A stretch of DNA of 32,000 nucleotides from Candidatus Saccharimonadota bacterium (GCA_004563595.2 CP042461.1:600001-632000), one strand, 5' to 3'. Positions 1-11,102 are shown, counted from the stretch's first letter. Notes: generated from the sequence alone by a model not told the origin. Translations and numbers: made by a program.

Positions 1-555
1 TTCATCTAAGAAAAGTATGTCTGGAGATTCTAATAGTACTTTTGCAAGTGCTACTTTGGTTCTTTGTCATCAACTGATTTCGAGCAATTTTTTATCAAGG
101 AGCTTGAGTATTCACATACCGTTTGCAACACCATGAATTTTATTATTATAATCATTTCATCCAATATTATTAAACTGTTCAAGTAGGGAAGTATAACTAT
201 CTATAAGCTCCATATTTGTAGGATCTTTTGTCATTTGAGATTCAATCGCAATAATTTTATCTTCAAGATCTTGAATGCTATCAAACCCACTGGCTAATTC
301 CTCTCTGACAGTTTTTTCTTCATTATCTGAATAGACTTGATGGAGGTACCCGATACTTATATTTCAAATATTGTCTATATGCCCATCATAGCTTTTCATT
401 TCTCATGTAAGAACCTTTAAAAGAGTTGTTTTTCATGCTCCATTTGGCCCTACCAGACAAATTCTATCGTTTGAATTAATAGTTATATCGATATTCTTTA
501 GTATTTCTACTCAGCTTATTTCTAGTTTATCAATTTTTACTTTGAGATGTTTCAC
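1..555 (-). CDS. ABC-F family ATP-binding protein, N-terminal part (gene continues past the left edge)
   Basis: Minus-strand translation with TGA=Gly gives DRICLVGPNGAGKTTLLKVLTGE (Walker A; the Gly before Lys is TGA, complement of 433-435). It then gives EISGGQRTKVALAKVLLESPDILFLDE (ABC signature plus Walker B). The start is assigned to GTG at 553-555 because there is no in-frame ATG before the upstream TAA/TAG, so it is uncertain. Confidence 0.85.
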
Positions 556-712
556 GATTTTAAATTTATAAATACTTTTACTAAGAGATATCTTACTGAC
601 AACTCTAAAAAAATGAAAATAAAACTTGTAAAATAGATAAAAATCTTTAAAATTATCCGGCACAATCTTAAGTATCTTGTCATATATTTCCTATTAATTT
701 CGGAGTGATGTT

Positions 713-841
713 ATGAAAGACACAGTTGAGCTTACAAAAAATACAAATCAAAATGGATCTTCAACAGCTAGAATACTTTTGAAAAAAAATATTTCGAAAG
801 TTAAAGCTGCTAGAAGGCGAATAGGAATACGTAGACGATAA
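713..841 (+). CDS. Small basic protein, 42 aa, function unknown
   Basis: ATG at 713 is preceded by GGAG (702-705). The ORF ends at TAA 839-841 with a C-terminus of AARRRIGIRRR, and a strong hairpin terminator follows directly. No secure family assignment. Confidence 0.35.
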   Translation: MKDTVELTKNTNQNGSSTARILLKKNISKVKAARRRIGIRRR

Positions 842-857
842 AAATCCTTGTCTATGA

Positions 858-892
858 AAAAAAGGCGCGTTTTATAATACGCGCCTTTTTCT
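858..892. terminator. Bidirectional rho-independent terminator between convergent genes
   Basis: The stem ggcgcgt (864-870) pairs with acgcgcc (879-885). It is flanked by an A-run upstream and a T-run downstream, so it can serve both the 713-841 ORF and the minus-strand operon ending at 904. Confidence 0.8.
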
Positions 893-903
893 TGCCTAAA
901 TTT

Positions 904-1233
904 TTAACTGATAGAGTAAATATTACTCATAAATGCGATTATGTATAATCAGAGAATCATATAGAGATGCGTAGTAACAAAGTGAATAATTCATACTATT
1001 ATATTGATGAAAATTTGAAATAGGAGAGCTAGATTACTCAGTGATAATACAGCGCTACTATATTCTATATTAAGTCCCATTAGATTATAAGTAAACAATA
1101 AAAATATAGCACTGTATGCAATATAGCTTATAACAGAGAATATTTTTTTCTTTGAGTTTTTTCTTTGCAGAATACTTTGCAGAATATTATAGTTTACTTC
1201 AGGAGTAGTATAACTCTTAATTATTGTTTTCAT
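904..1233 (-). CDS. Small membrane protein, possible anti-sigma factor (109 aa)
   Basis: The track ORF 991-1233 ends at a TGA. Read as Gly, it continues to TAA at 904-906. The protein has hydrophobic segments (FSVISYIAYSAIFLLFTYNLMGL). Its ATG (1231-1233) overlaps the end of the upstream sigma-factor gene, which suggests translational coupling. Confidence 0.55.
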
Positions 1234-1756
1234 ATTGTTCTAAGTTAGGTTTTAGTTTTTTCTTTGCTCTGGAGAGTCTTGTTTTTATGGAATTTTCATT
1301 TATATTCATTATTTTTGATATTTCCTTGATTTTCAGCTCATCGTAGTAGTAGTATAGAAGAATATTTCTATCAATTAGAGGTAGTTTATTTATTTCATTT
1401 GTTATGTCTTGAGTTTTCTTTTTAGTATCAAGTCAATGATAATACTCAGTATCATCTGGAATAAAATTTTCAACTTCAGATATCTCTATATATCATCTCT
1501 TCTTTTTTATATATGTTATGCTCTCATTATAAGATATGCGATATGCCCAGGTCTTAAATTCACTTTTAAATTGAAATTTTGGGAGATTTTTAATGATTTT
1601 GAGGCATACGTTTTGAGTAATATCATGAGCATCACTCTCATCTAAACAGACTCGAAAACATGCTCAAAATATATTTTGAAGATTATTTCTCAGTAATTCT
1701 TCAAGAGCACCCTCGTCTCCTTCTAAATACTTTTTAATTAATTTTTGATCCGACAT
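1217..1756 (-). CDS. ECF-type (sigma-70 family) RNA polymerase sigma factor, 179 aa
   Basis: Code-25 translation reads MSDQKLIKKYLEGDEGALEELLRNNLQNIFGACFRVCLDESDAHDITQNVCLKIIKNLPKFQFKSEFKTWAYRISYNESITYIKKKR, which looks like region 2. It continues PLIDRNILLYYYDELKIKEISKIMNINENSIKTRLSRAKKKL, which looks like the region 4 HTH. The length is 540 nt and the stop is TAA at 1217-1219. Confidence 0.85.
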
Positions 1757-1893
1757 AATTATTATTTTTTTATTACTTTATATATTAGATACAAAAAGTG
1801 AAAAATAGTTTCATTTTTTTGAAAAAAACTTTTTTTGAAACCTTTATGAAGTAAAGTGGTCTAATCAGTACAATAAATCTTAACCATATAATT

Positions 1894-3021
1894 ATGAAAA
1901 CAAACTTTAATATAAAATACTTTTTAATTTTTACCGTATTAATTTCTTCACTTTTTACGTATTGAAATGTATCAGCATTTGAAATAATGAAATGAGAGGA
2001 TGTTTCTATTGAACAAGAAGTAAATGATGATCTGTATATTGCTTGATGAAGAGTAGAAATTAAAAATATAATACATGGAGATTTAATTATCGCTTGAGGA
2101 GAAATTGAAATTGATTCAGAGGTTTCTGAAGATGTAATCATGGCATGATGAGATATATTCATATCAGCTAATATTTGAGATGACCTGAGAGTTGTAGGCT
2201 GATCAGTTGTTATTGACTCTGTTATTGAGTGAGATGTGATTGTAGGTGCGGGGGATCTAAAAATAAAAAAATGAGCTATTATTAGATGAGATTTAGCTGT
2301 ATGAGCTGGAAGAGTAATTATTGATTGAGAAGTCTTTTGAAAGACTAAAATATCAGCTGATGAATTTATATTAAATTGAAAAATTCATTGAGATGTAGAT
2401 TTATTTGTTGAAAAATTTAAAAACACTTCATGATCATGAATCATGTTATGAAACGTTTTGTATAAAACAAGTGAAAAAAATATTTTAATAGAAGAATCTA
2501 CTCAATGAACAGCTATTTATACAGAAGCAAAATTTCAAAAACATGTAAAAGAAAAAGCGAAAGGCTTTTTATGAAAATTTATTATTATAAAAATAATTTG
2601 AATTTTTGTTTTCTCAACTTTTTTATACTTCTTTTTAGAAAAGGTCTATTTAAAAACTGCAGATAAATTATATAAACAGACATGAAAAGCATTCTTATAT
2701 TGACTCCTTACGATCATATTAACTCCTATTATTGCAATTTTATTATTTATTAGTGTTGTTGGAATACCAATATGAGCTATATTACTTGTATGGTATATAT
2801 TACTTTTATTATTTTTAGATATTATTAATGCTACGGTGTTAACATGAGTTATTCAAAAAAAGTTTTGAGAAAAAATGAATACTCCCATTAAGCTCGTATC
2901 ATTATTATGATTTTCTATACTCTTTTGAGTTACGAACGGTTTGAGTTTATTAATAGGATTCTTTTCTATCGGTGCTATATGTCTCGTGAAGTGAGAAATA
3001 ATTGATAAGATTAGAAAATAA
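1894..3021 (+). CDS. Secreted/membrane protein with bactofilin-like beta-helical repeats and a multi-TM C-terminus (375 aa)
   Basis: It has an N-terminal signal-like helix (IKYFLIFTVLISSLFTYG). This is followed by repeated short units (GDLIIAGGEIEI, MAGGDIFISANIGDDLRVVGGSVVIDSVIEGDVIVGAGDLKI, RGDLAVGAGRVIIDGEVFG) in which most Gly are TGA. Several hydrophobic helices follow. The gene is 1128 nt and ends at TAA 3019-3021. The track ORF 1785-2162(-) is its antisense shadow. Confidence 0.7.
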
Positions 3022-3030
3022 AAAATAATA

Positions 3031-3061
3031 AAAAGATAGATTTATAATCTATCTTTTTTAT
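3031..3061. terminator. Hairpin terminator shared by convergent genes
   Basis: The sequence is aaaaagatagatttataatctatctttttt (stem agatagat/atctatct) with flanking A and T runs. The stop codon of the minus-strand gene (3042-3044) lies inside it. Confidence 0.7.
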
Positions 3062-4103
3062 TTTTTGTATATTCTAGCATATATTTATATCAATCATGCA
3101 CTTCAGTAAACAAAGGAGCCCATTTATTCTCTTTTATAGTATAATTAAAGTGAGAGATTTCTTTTCTATTATGGATTCATTTTTCCATTTCTATTGTTCT
3201 TAGCTGCAGTTCTACTTGTACTTCCTCATTTCTATACGGACTAATATACTTGTAATGTATGCTTTGATATCCGTTTGACTTGGGAGATGTTATATAATCC
3301 TTTTTCTTTGTATAGACACACTTTTCTTCAAATGTTTGTATAAATGCATACAAATCAGGCAAATCATCAAATATTATCCTGACTCAAATAGTATCAGATA
3401 GAGTATTAGAATTTTTCCTTTTCATTTTGTTATACAAGCTGAAGTAAGTTTTTTTTCTTATTTGAATTTTTCATATAACTTTTGCTTCAGTTATTAAGTA
3501 ACTCAGATCATTGATTACTTCAATATGATAGGCTCAAGGTATTTCGTAACTCGTTCATTGTCATAATGTTCATTGCTTAGTAATCTTATATTCTTTTGGA
3601 TATATTTTCTTAAAATAAATATCTTGAAAGAATGCTAATAGTCTTGATTCAGACATAGTTAGGCAGGGGATCATATATCAACATGATTTGTAATAATTTT
3701 CAGTATGTGAAACTATTTTTAAATAATTATCTTCTGATAGGAGAACTGTATAATTAATGATTTCTTTGAATAGAAGCAAATCGGGACTCAATCTCATGGT
3801 AGAATAAGTATATTTTTCAAATTCTCATAGAAGCGTATATTCATAGACTTCTATCATCCTTTTAATATTTTTCCTGTCTCTTTTTTTTAGAATTTTACTA
3901 TCTAAATCAATTATTTTAAAGAAGTAGAGAGCGTATAACAATGAAAGTAATATGTAGTATTCATTATCAGAATATTTCTTAAACCTAATAATAACTATTT
4001 TTATAAGTGATAAATAAGAGGGATCTAATTTGCTTGCATAACTTAATAACAAGCGATTAAATTTATTTCGGTACATTTTATTTTTCAGAATGATCGCTTT
4101 CAT
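3042..4103 (-). CDS. RelA/SpoT-domain nucleotidyltransferase (small alarmone synthetase-like), N-terminal unknown domain, paralog 1 (353 aa)
   Basis: Track ORFs 3825-4103 and 3177-3362 share one frame and are joined through in-frame TGA codons, with no TAA/TAG between them. The C-terminal half carries RelA_SpoT motifs: RKKTYFSLYNKMKRK, DTIGVRIIFDDLPDLY, DYITSPKSNGYQSIHYKY, VELQLRTIEME and SHFNYTIK. The stop is TAA at 3042-3044. Confidence 0.8.
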
Positions 4104-4165
4104 TATTGATACTTTAAAAGACTATATTCTATATATAATAAGAGAAAATAGCTTTTATTCAAAGT

Positions 4166-5230
4166 TTATTTCTGAGGTATTTGCTTTTCTTCCATATACT
4201 TGAGCATATATTTATGTCAGTCATGAACTTCTGTAAATAAAGGGGCCCATTTATGCTCTTTGGTTGTATATGTAAAATGAGAAACCTCATTCCTCTTTTG
4301 AATATTATTATCTATTTCTAGAGTTCTTAATTGAAGCTCTACCAGCACTTCCCCATTTCTATATGGATTAATGTATTTATAATGTATACTTTTATAACCA
4401 TTAGGCTTTGGATTGATTATATAGTCTTTTTTCGATATATAAACAAACTTACTTTCAAAAATATTAATAAATTTATATAAATCAGCTTGGCCATTAAAAA
4501 TAATTCGAACTCAAATACTATTAGAAATAGTGTTACTATTTTTTCTTTGCATTTTATTATATAAACTAAAAAACGTCTTTTTTCTTATTTGAGTTTGTCA
4601 TATAACCCATGCTTCTTTCATCAGATAACTGAGATCATTTACAACTTCAATATGGTAACCTCAGGGGATTTCATAACTATTTCATTTTTGCAAATCAGCT
4701 TTTTTAGTTTCCTTATATTCTTTAGGGTATATTTTTTTGAAATATATATCTTGAAAAAAAGGAAGGAGTCTAGATTCGGTCCATGTTAAATATGGAATCA
4801 TATATCAACATGATTTATAGTATCTACTTGTATTTGATATTATTTTCATGTAGTGATCTTCAGATTGAAGAATCGTAGATTTAATAATAACTTTAAAGAG
4901 TAAAAGGTCGTTACTCAGCTCCATAGTACTGTGCACATATTTTTCATATTCTCATCAGAGAGTATATTCATATACCTCAGTCATTTCTTTAATATTTTTC
5001 CTGTCCTTCTTTGACATTATTGGATCATCTAGATCAACAATCTTAAAAAAGTATAAGGCATACTTCAGAGCAAGAACAACAAAATATTCATTATCTGAAT
5101 ATTTTTTAAAACGAATTATAACTATCTTTACCAGTGACAAATAATGGGGAGCTAAAAAGTCCGAATAGGTACTCAGTACCGCATCAAATTTTTTTTTATA
5201 ATATTTATTCTTCACTATAATCTCCTCCAT
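4166..5230 (-). CDS. RelA/SpoT-domain nucleotidyltransferase, paralog 2 (354 aa)
   Basis: Track ORF 4955-5230 ends in two consecutive TGAs (GG) and continues without TAA/TAG to TAA at 4166-4168 (1065 nt). The motifs are RKKTFFSLYNKMQRK, NSIGVRIIF, DYIINPKPNGYKSIHYKY, VELQLRTLE and SHFTYTTKEHKWAPLFTEVHDG. Confidence 0.8.
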
Positions 5231-5311
5231 TATATTTGCTAACTTAAAATATTATCTTAGGTATTTTAGTGAAATAATATTTTTTTTCAATCTTTTTATT
5301 TTTTAGGGGAG

Positions 5312-6397
5312 TTAATTTTTATGCTTTTTTTCCATGAATTGTAACATATATTTATATCAATCATGGACTTCTGTAAATAAAGGGGCCCACTTGTGCTGTT
5401 TAACTGTGTAAGTGAAATGGGAAACCTCACTCCTATTTTGAATATTATTATCCATTTCTAGAGTTCTGAGTTGAAGTTCTACAAGGACTTCACCATTTCT
5501 ATAAGGATTAATATACTTATAATGTATACTTTGATATCCATTTGGTTTGGGGTTTATTATATAATCTTTTTTTGTTATGTGTACAAATTTATTTTCAAAA
5601 ACATAAATAAATTTGTATAAATCATCTTGTTTCTTAAAAATAATTCTGACTCAAATGCTATCTGAAACTGTATCTCTATTTTTCCTTTGCATTTTATTAT
5701 ATAAACTGAAATAAGTTTTTTTTCTTATTTGAGTTTGTGCTAAAACTTGAGCCTCAGTCATGAGATGACTGAGGTCATTTACAACTTCAATATGATACCC
5801 TCATGGTATTTCATAGTTACTTCATTTTTGTAAGTCACATTTTTTAGTTTCTCTATATTCTTTGGGGTATATTTTTTTAAAATATATATCTTGAAAAAAA
5901 GGAAGAAGTCTTGATTCTGTGAGAGTTAAATAGGGAAGCATATATCCACATGATTTGAAATACTTTTCTTTATTCCATATAGCCCCCATATTTTTATCTT
6001 CTCATAGCAATGCCATGTATTTATCTTCTCACAACAATGCCGAATATTTAAGAATAATATTAAATAACAAAAAATCTTTATCAATATTCATAAGAGTATA
6101 AATATATTTTTCAAAATATCAATTCATAGGGTAAGTATATATTTGAATTACCTTTTTTACCTTTTTTCTATCTCTTTTTGTGATAATAGGGTTACGATAA
6201 TCAATAACTTTAAAGAAACATAAAATGTACTTGAGGGCAAATAAAATAAAATATTCATTATTTGAATATTTCTTAAAGCGGATAATAACGATTTTTAATT
6301 GTGTTAAGTTATTTACACTTAATTCATCTCAATATTTTAGCAATATTGAGTCAAATTTTTTTTGGTATGATTTATTTTTTAATATTATCCCCTCCAT
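5312..6397 (-). CDS. RelA/SpoT-domain nucleotidyltransferase, paralog 3 (361 aa, carries an in-frame 9-aa duplication)
   Basis: The gene runs from ATG at 6395-6397 (MEGIILKNKSYQKKF) to TAA at 5312-5314, 1086 nt, intact under code 25. The motifs are RKKTYFSLYNKMQRK, DSIGVRIIF, DYIINPKPNGYQSIHYKY and VELQLRTLEM. It contains ALLGEDKYM/ALLGEDKNM, produced by a 27-nt tandem duplication at 5988-6041. Confidence 0.75.
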
Positions 6398-6566
6398 AAT
6401 ATTTATTTGATGTTTTAAAATATACTCTCATATCATTCTACTGATAATTACCTTTTTTTCAATAGCTAATCTTTCTTAGGTTATATTATGATAGATAACT
6501 GACCTCAATTTTTGCTTTTTTTATCCATCTGATTATATTGGTGTTATATATTTATAATTATTTTAT

Positions 6567-9500
6567 ATGACTACAGATTCTCTTTTTAAAACAGAATATT
6601 CTCGATTAAATACTGGTCAAAAACAAGCTGTAGAGGCTTTATTTTGACCAGTTATGGTTGTTGCTTGACCATGAACATGAAAAACTCAGATTATTTGACT
6701 GAGAACTGCTAATATAATTTTAAAAGCATGAGTTGAACCACGTAATATTCTTATTACTACTTTTACGGAAGCATGAGTGATAGCGATTAGAAAGAGATTG
6801 GTTAAGTTTTTATGAAATGAGGCTTATAAAGTGAATGTTTCTACTATTCATTCTCTTGCTCAGGACATTATTAAAACTTTCCCTGAAAAGTTTTTAGAAT
6901 ACAAAGCTGGGAGTCCTATTGATGATGTTGATGCTTTTGAGCTTATTAAGGAAATAATTGATAAACTATCATGAGAAAAACAATTAGATAAACTTATTAC
7001 GTCATATGATAAATATTTTTATCTCAGAGATATAAAATCACGTATTTGAAATCTAAAAGGGGAGTGAGTAAGTATTTCAAGATTAAAAATACTTATAGAA
7101 AGGCAAAGACTAAAGTATGAAGAAGAATTACTAGAAATTAAACCGACACTTAAAAAATATGAAACAACAAGGATAAAACAAGAAACACATATTCTAAAAC
7201 TTGAGGAATTATGTCTTGTATTTGCTGAATATAATAAAGAATTACGAGCTAAATCTCAATATGATTTTAATGACATGATTAATTTTGTACTTGAGAAATT
7301 TAAAGAAGATGAAGAATTAAAGTTTCATTATGCAGAAAAATTCCAATTTATTATGCTAGATGAGTATCAAGATACAAATAATGCGCAAAATACTATCATT
7401 GATATGATTTTATCAGTATCAGAGTGAGCTCCTAATATCATGGTTGTTTGAGATGATGATCAATCTATTTATCGTTTCCAATGAGCGAATATTGAGAATA
7501 TGCTTGATTTTTCTACTCATTATTCTGATACACAATTTGTAGTATTAGAAGATAATTATCGATCTACTTCATGAATATTAGATTTATGAACTCAGTTAAT
7601 AGTAAATAATGAAGAAAGACTGACGAATAAAATCGAAACTATTGATAAAAAGCTTGTTTCAAGCTGAATACTTAAGTCTAATACAAATAAACCAGTTTTA
7701 TTTCGTGCAAAGAGTGATATGGAAGAAAAATCTTATGTTATCAATAATATAAGACAATTACTAGAACAATGAACTCTTCCTGAAGAAATTGCTATAATTG
7801 TAAGATGAAATAGAGAAGTTGAACAATTTACTCAACTGCTTCTTCAAAACAATATTGAAGCAGAATCAAAATTAAAAACTGATATACTAAAATCTGAATA
7901 TATTATTTTTATATTAAATTACTTAACAGTTATTAATAATCCATATTCAGATGAAAATATATTAATAGATCTGATGAGAAATGATCTCGTTTGATTGCAA
8001 CAGGTTGATATTTTAAGAATAAATAGAGCTCTCTATGTCTTAAATTATTCAAGAAAAATTAATATGACTATGATTGACTTTCTCCTTGATGAGAGCAACC
8101 TTGAAGAATTACACCTTTCTGATAAAGCTTCACTTATTAATTTCCGTGATAATCTTCTCGCTTTTGGATCTGAATTAGCATCAAAGAGTTTTATAGCATT
8201 TTTCAATGATTTTATTGAAAAAACTTGAATATTACTTTCTATTGAAGCGAATGGGAGCTTTGATGATCTTGAAGATATATTCACATTTTTTAATAAGATT
8301 AAATCATGGAATATCTCAGATAAAAAATTTAATACATCTAAACTTCTTTCAAAAATTGATTTACATAAAACTTATAACTATTCAATTTCAAGACAGGTAC
8401 TAAAAAAATGAAAGAATTGAGTACAAGTTTTAACAGCGCATAGCTCAAAATGACTCGAATACGATGTAGTTTTTGTTCCAGGGCTCTTCACCTGAAACTG
8501 GGAATGAAAAAGAGTAATTGATAGATTAAAACTCCCTGAATGAATTGCTTGAGATTGACTTCAAACTTCAAATTTTCAACAAATTGAAGAAGATAGAAGG
8601 CTTTTCTTTGTCGCAGTAACTAGGGCAAAAGAAAATTTATTTCTCAGTTTTCCTGCTTGAATAGGTACAAAACCTTTATTACAATCAGTGTTTATAGAGG
8701 AAATAAAATGATGTTATAATGATTTTACAGATCTTTCAACTCTTGATCAAAACGGTATTTACGAAATCATCTCTCATGAGCTTATCAATAACTTAATTAC
8801 ATACTCTGACCTAGAGTTTAGTTATATAGAGGAGTTTTTAGATACCTATAAACTTTCCCCAAGTGATCTCAATGTATTTCTTGAAGATCCTATTTCATTT
8901 TTACATAGAGTAGTCTTTAAGTATCCCTTTGTTGATAATAAATTTACTATTTTTGGAAAAGTATATCATAGAACTTTAGAATTATTCTACTTGAAATATA
9001 AGAGTGATCAGAAACTTCCAGAAAAAGACTATTTATTGACTACTTTCTCAATTTTACTGGGGAAAGAGATATTAATTCCAGATGAATACGAAGAATTAAA
9101 AGAGAAGTGAAAAGAATGACTTCATTGATATTATGATATATGTAAATCAAAAAAATCTGAACCATTAGTCTTGGAATATAGTTTTAGAAGAAAAAATATT
9201 ATTTTTGAGTGAGTTCCACTGACCTGAACAATTGATAAAATCGAAAAAGTTTGAGAATCGGATACAACTGAGAACATTTCCGAGTGACAATGAGCATTAT
9301 TTAAAGATTCAGTTGCTCTTATTGATTATAAGACCTGAAAAGCAAAAACTATAGGTCAGATTAAATGACTGGATAGATACTGAAATAAAAAAGAATGAGA
9401 ATGAAAATACTTTAGACAACTTCTTTTTTATAAACTTCTTTGTGATCTTGACCCAGAATTTGATGCACAATTTGATGTATGATCGCTTGCTATTGATTTT

Positions 9501-9641
9501 GTGGAATGAAAAGAGGGGAATTATAAATATATAGAGGTTGATTATACTCTAGAGGATTACGAAGAGTTTAAGGTGGAGTTACAATGAGCTCGGGTGAAGA
9601 TAAGAGATATTAAATTTTGGAAGGAGGTGTTACATAAATAA
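6567..9641 (+). CDS. UvrD/PcrA/AddA-like superfamily-1 helicase fused to a C-terminal RecB-type PD-(D/E)xK nuclease (1024 aa)
   Basis: Walker A is VMVVAGPGTGKT, with all three Gly as TGA (6666-6680). Other helicase motifs are FIMLDEYQDTN, VVGDDDQSIYRFQGA, EDNYRS, VLTAHSSKGLEYDVVFV and VAVTRAKENL. The C-terminus has LTGTIDKIEK...VALIDYKTGK (nuclease motif). The gene is 3075 nt and ends at TAA 9639-9641. Confidence 0.85.
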
Positions 9642-9651
9642 AAATATTAGA

Positions 9652-10050
9652 ATGAATATATTTGTATCATACAAACAAACATGAGTTTCTGACCAAGAAC
9701 TCACTGAAAAACTTTGAAAAGTAAGAGAGGTTTTATCATGATTATGACATAATAATTTCATTTATTTTTTTGATACTGATTTTAAGAATCAAACTTCTGA
9801 AGAAATCATTTCAGATGCAAAAAATGAAATAGTAAAATCAGACTTAGTACTTGCTTTTGTTGACGATACTTGAAGAAGCGAATGAATACTACTTGAACTT
9901 TGAATTGCATTTTGATTGAATAAAAAGATATTATTTCTCGTAAATAATAAACAAAAAGAAGAATACTTTCTCTCGTATTGAATTGCTCATAACACTCTAT
10001 TCTTTGATGATTTCTCTGAAATTGAATGATTCATAAGGAATAATATCTAA
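9652..10050 (+). CDS. Nucleoside 2-deoxyribosyltransferase-like small protein (132 aa)
   Basis: Code-25 translation reads MNIFVSYKQTGVSDQELTEKLGKVREVL...SDLVLAFVDDTGRSEGILLELGIAFGLNKKILFLV. The pattern of a trailing acidic residue followed by G-hhhE-hG resembles the NDT/YtoQ-type fold. This is a family assignment from memory only. Confidence 0.45.
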
Positions 10051-10078
10051 AAAGACCTGATTTTTCAGGTCTTTTTTT
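10051..10078 (+). terminator. Rho-independent terminator
   Basis: The stem agacctga (10053-10060) pairs with tcaggtct (10065-10072) and is followed by a T-run. Confidence 0.8.
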
Positions 10079-10137
10079 GACTCTTATGAGAAAATATGTT
10101 GTAATATAAAGTATATTATAATTTAATTATCAAAACT

Positions 10138-10788
10138 ATGTGAGTTGAAGCATTTAACGCTAATATATGACCAGATGGTGAAAAGTCTTTGAGTGTAAAT
10201 CCAGAAGCACTAAAAAATGAAATAAAGAATAAAGTTTCACATTTAAGAACTTTCACAAATGCTAACATTGATGAAGTTGTACAAAAAGTAACAGATAAGG
10301 TTAATCACTTTACTCAGTATGTTGAACAAAATTCATTAGTATGAGAAACAAATCGTTTTTGAATAGGGTTATCAGATCATCTAGATCAAAGTCAGACTTT
10401 TGAAGGAGCAAAGAGTGTAGATATAAATGAAATAAATACTGCTATTGATACCTTGGTATCAGATTTAATGCAATATATTGCAGAGTTAGGTAAAAAGGAA
10501 AAGATATCAAAATATACATTAGCATCATCAATAACTAATCAAATCGAAAGTTATGACTTTCTTTCTTCATTGGATGAAAAAATGCTTATTTGAAATGGGG
10601 AATTTAACCCAGAAGAAGTTCAAAATACAGCTTGAATAAATAATGATAATTGAATTGATATTACTAATTATTCACTTACTGATTGATTGGGAGATATCGC
10701 TAATACTTTTATTCTCGGTAAAAAACCAAAACCTTGAAATAATAGAAATGAAGAATTATTAGCTGAGATAAAAAGACAAACTAAGTAA
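10138..10788 (+). CDS. Hypothetical protein (216 aa)
   Basis: The ORF is open under code 25 from ATG 10138 to TAA 10786-10788 (651 nt) and has several in-frame TGAs. No motif recognised. Confidence 0.55.
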
Positions 10789-10819
10789 AAGAAAAATTTT
10801 AAAACTTGATTGAATTATT

Positions 10820-11098
10820 ATGGGTAGAATTGAGCAAGCAATAACGGTGGTTGAAAGATTATGAGAAATTTTTGATATAGAATCTCAAAAAAGAAAGGGT
10901 ATTTATGAAGAAATTATAGAATTTGATGATGATAATTTTCACAAACTTGTTTCTGATATTGAAATATACTATGATAATTTTACAAAAAATCATAAATCTG
11001 CTGGGGATAAAACCACTATAAATCAAAATAAGATTGAAGAGCTACTTGAAAAAAAGAATTTTCTTACCGAGGAAGATAGTTTATTAAATACTTTATAA
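10820..11098 (+). CDS. Hypothetical protein (92 aa)
   Basis: It runs from ATG 10820 to TAA 11096-11098 with one in-frame TGA. It is acidic with a helical character. No motif recognised. Confidence 0.5.
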
Positions 11099-11102
11099 TT
11101 TT

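Noticed and set aside
713-841. The small basic ORF could be ribosomal protein bL34, since its C-terminus ARRRIGIRRR resembles ARRRAKGRKRL.
   Set aside because: The N-terminal two thirds do not resemble the L34 consensus (MKRTFQPS...HGFR). The similarity is limited to an Arg-rich tail, so it is left as a hypothetical protein.
3825-4103. The 91-92 aa ORFs (3825-4103 and 4955-5230) looked like separate antitoxin-like genes upstream of short RelA/SpoT toxin ORFs.
   Set aside because: Each small ORF is in the same frame as the downstream RelA/SpoT segment and is separated from it only by TGA codons. Under code 25 they are N-terminal domains of single proteins of about 355 aa.
4104-5311. The repeated blocks of about 1.1 kb could be a mobile element or IS array.
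   Set aside because: The repeat units correspond exactly to complete paralogous coding sequences with short promoter-like spacers. No terminal inverted repeats or transposase are present, so tandem gene duplication is the simpler explanation.
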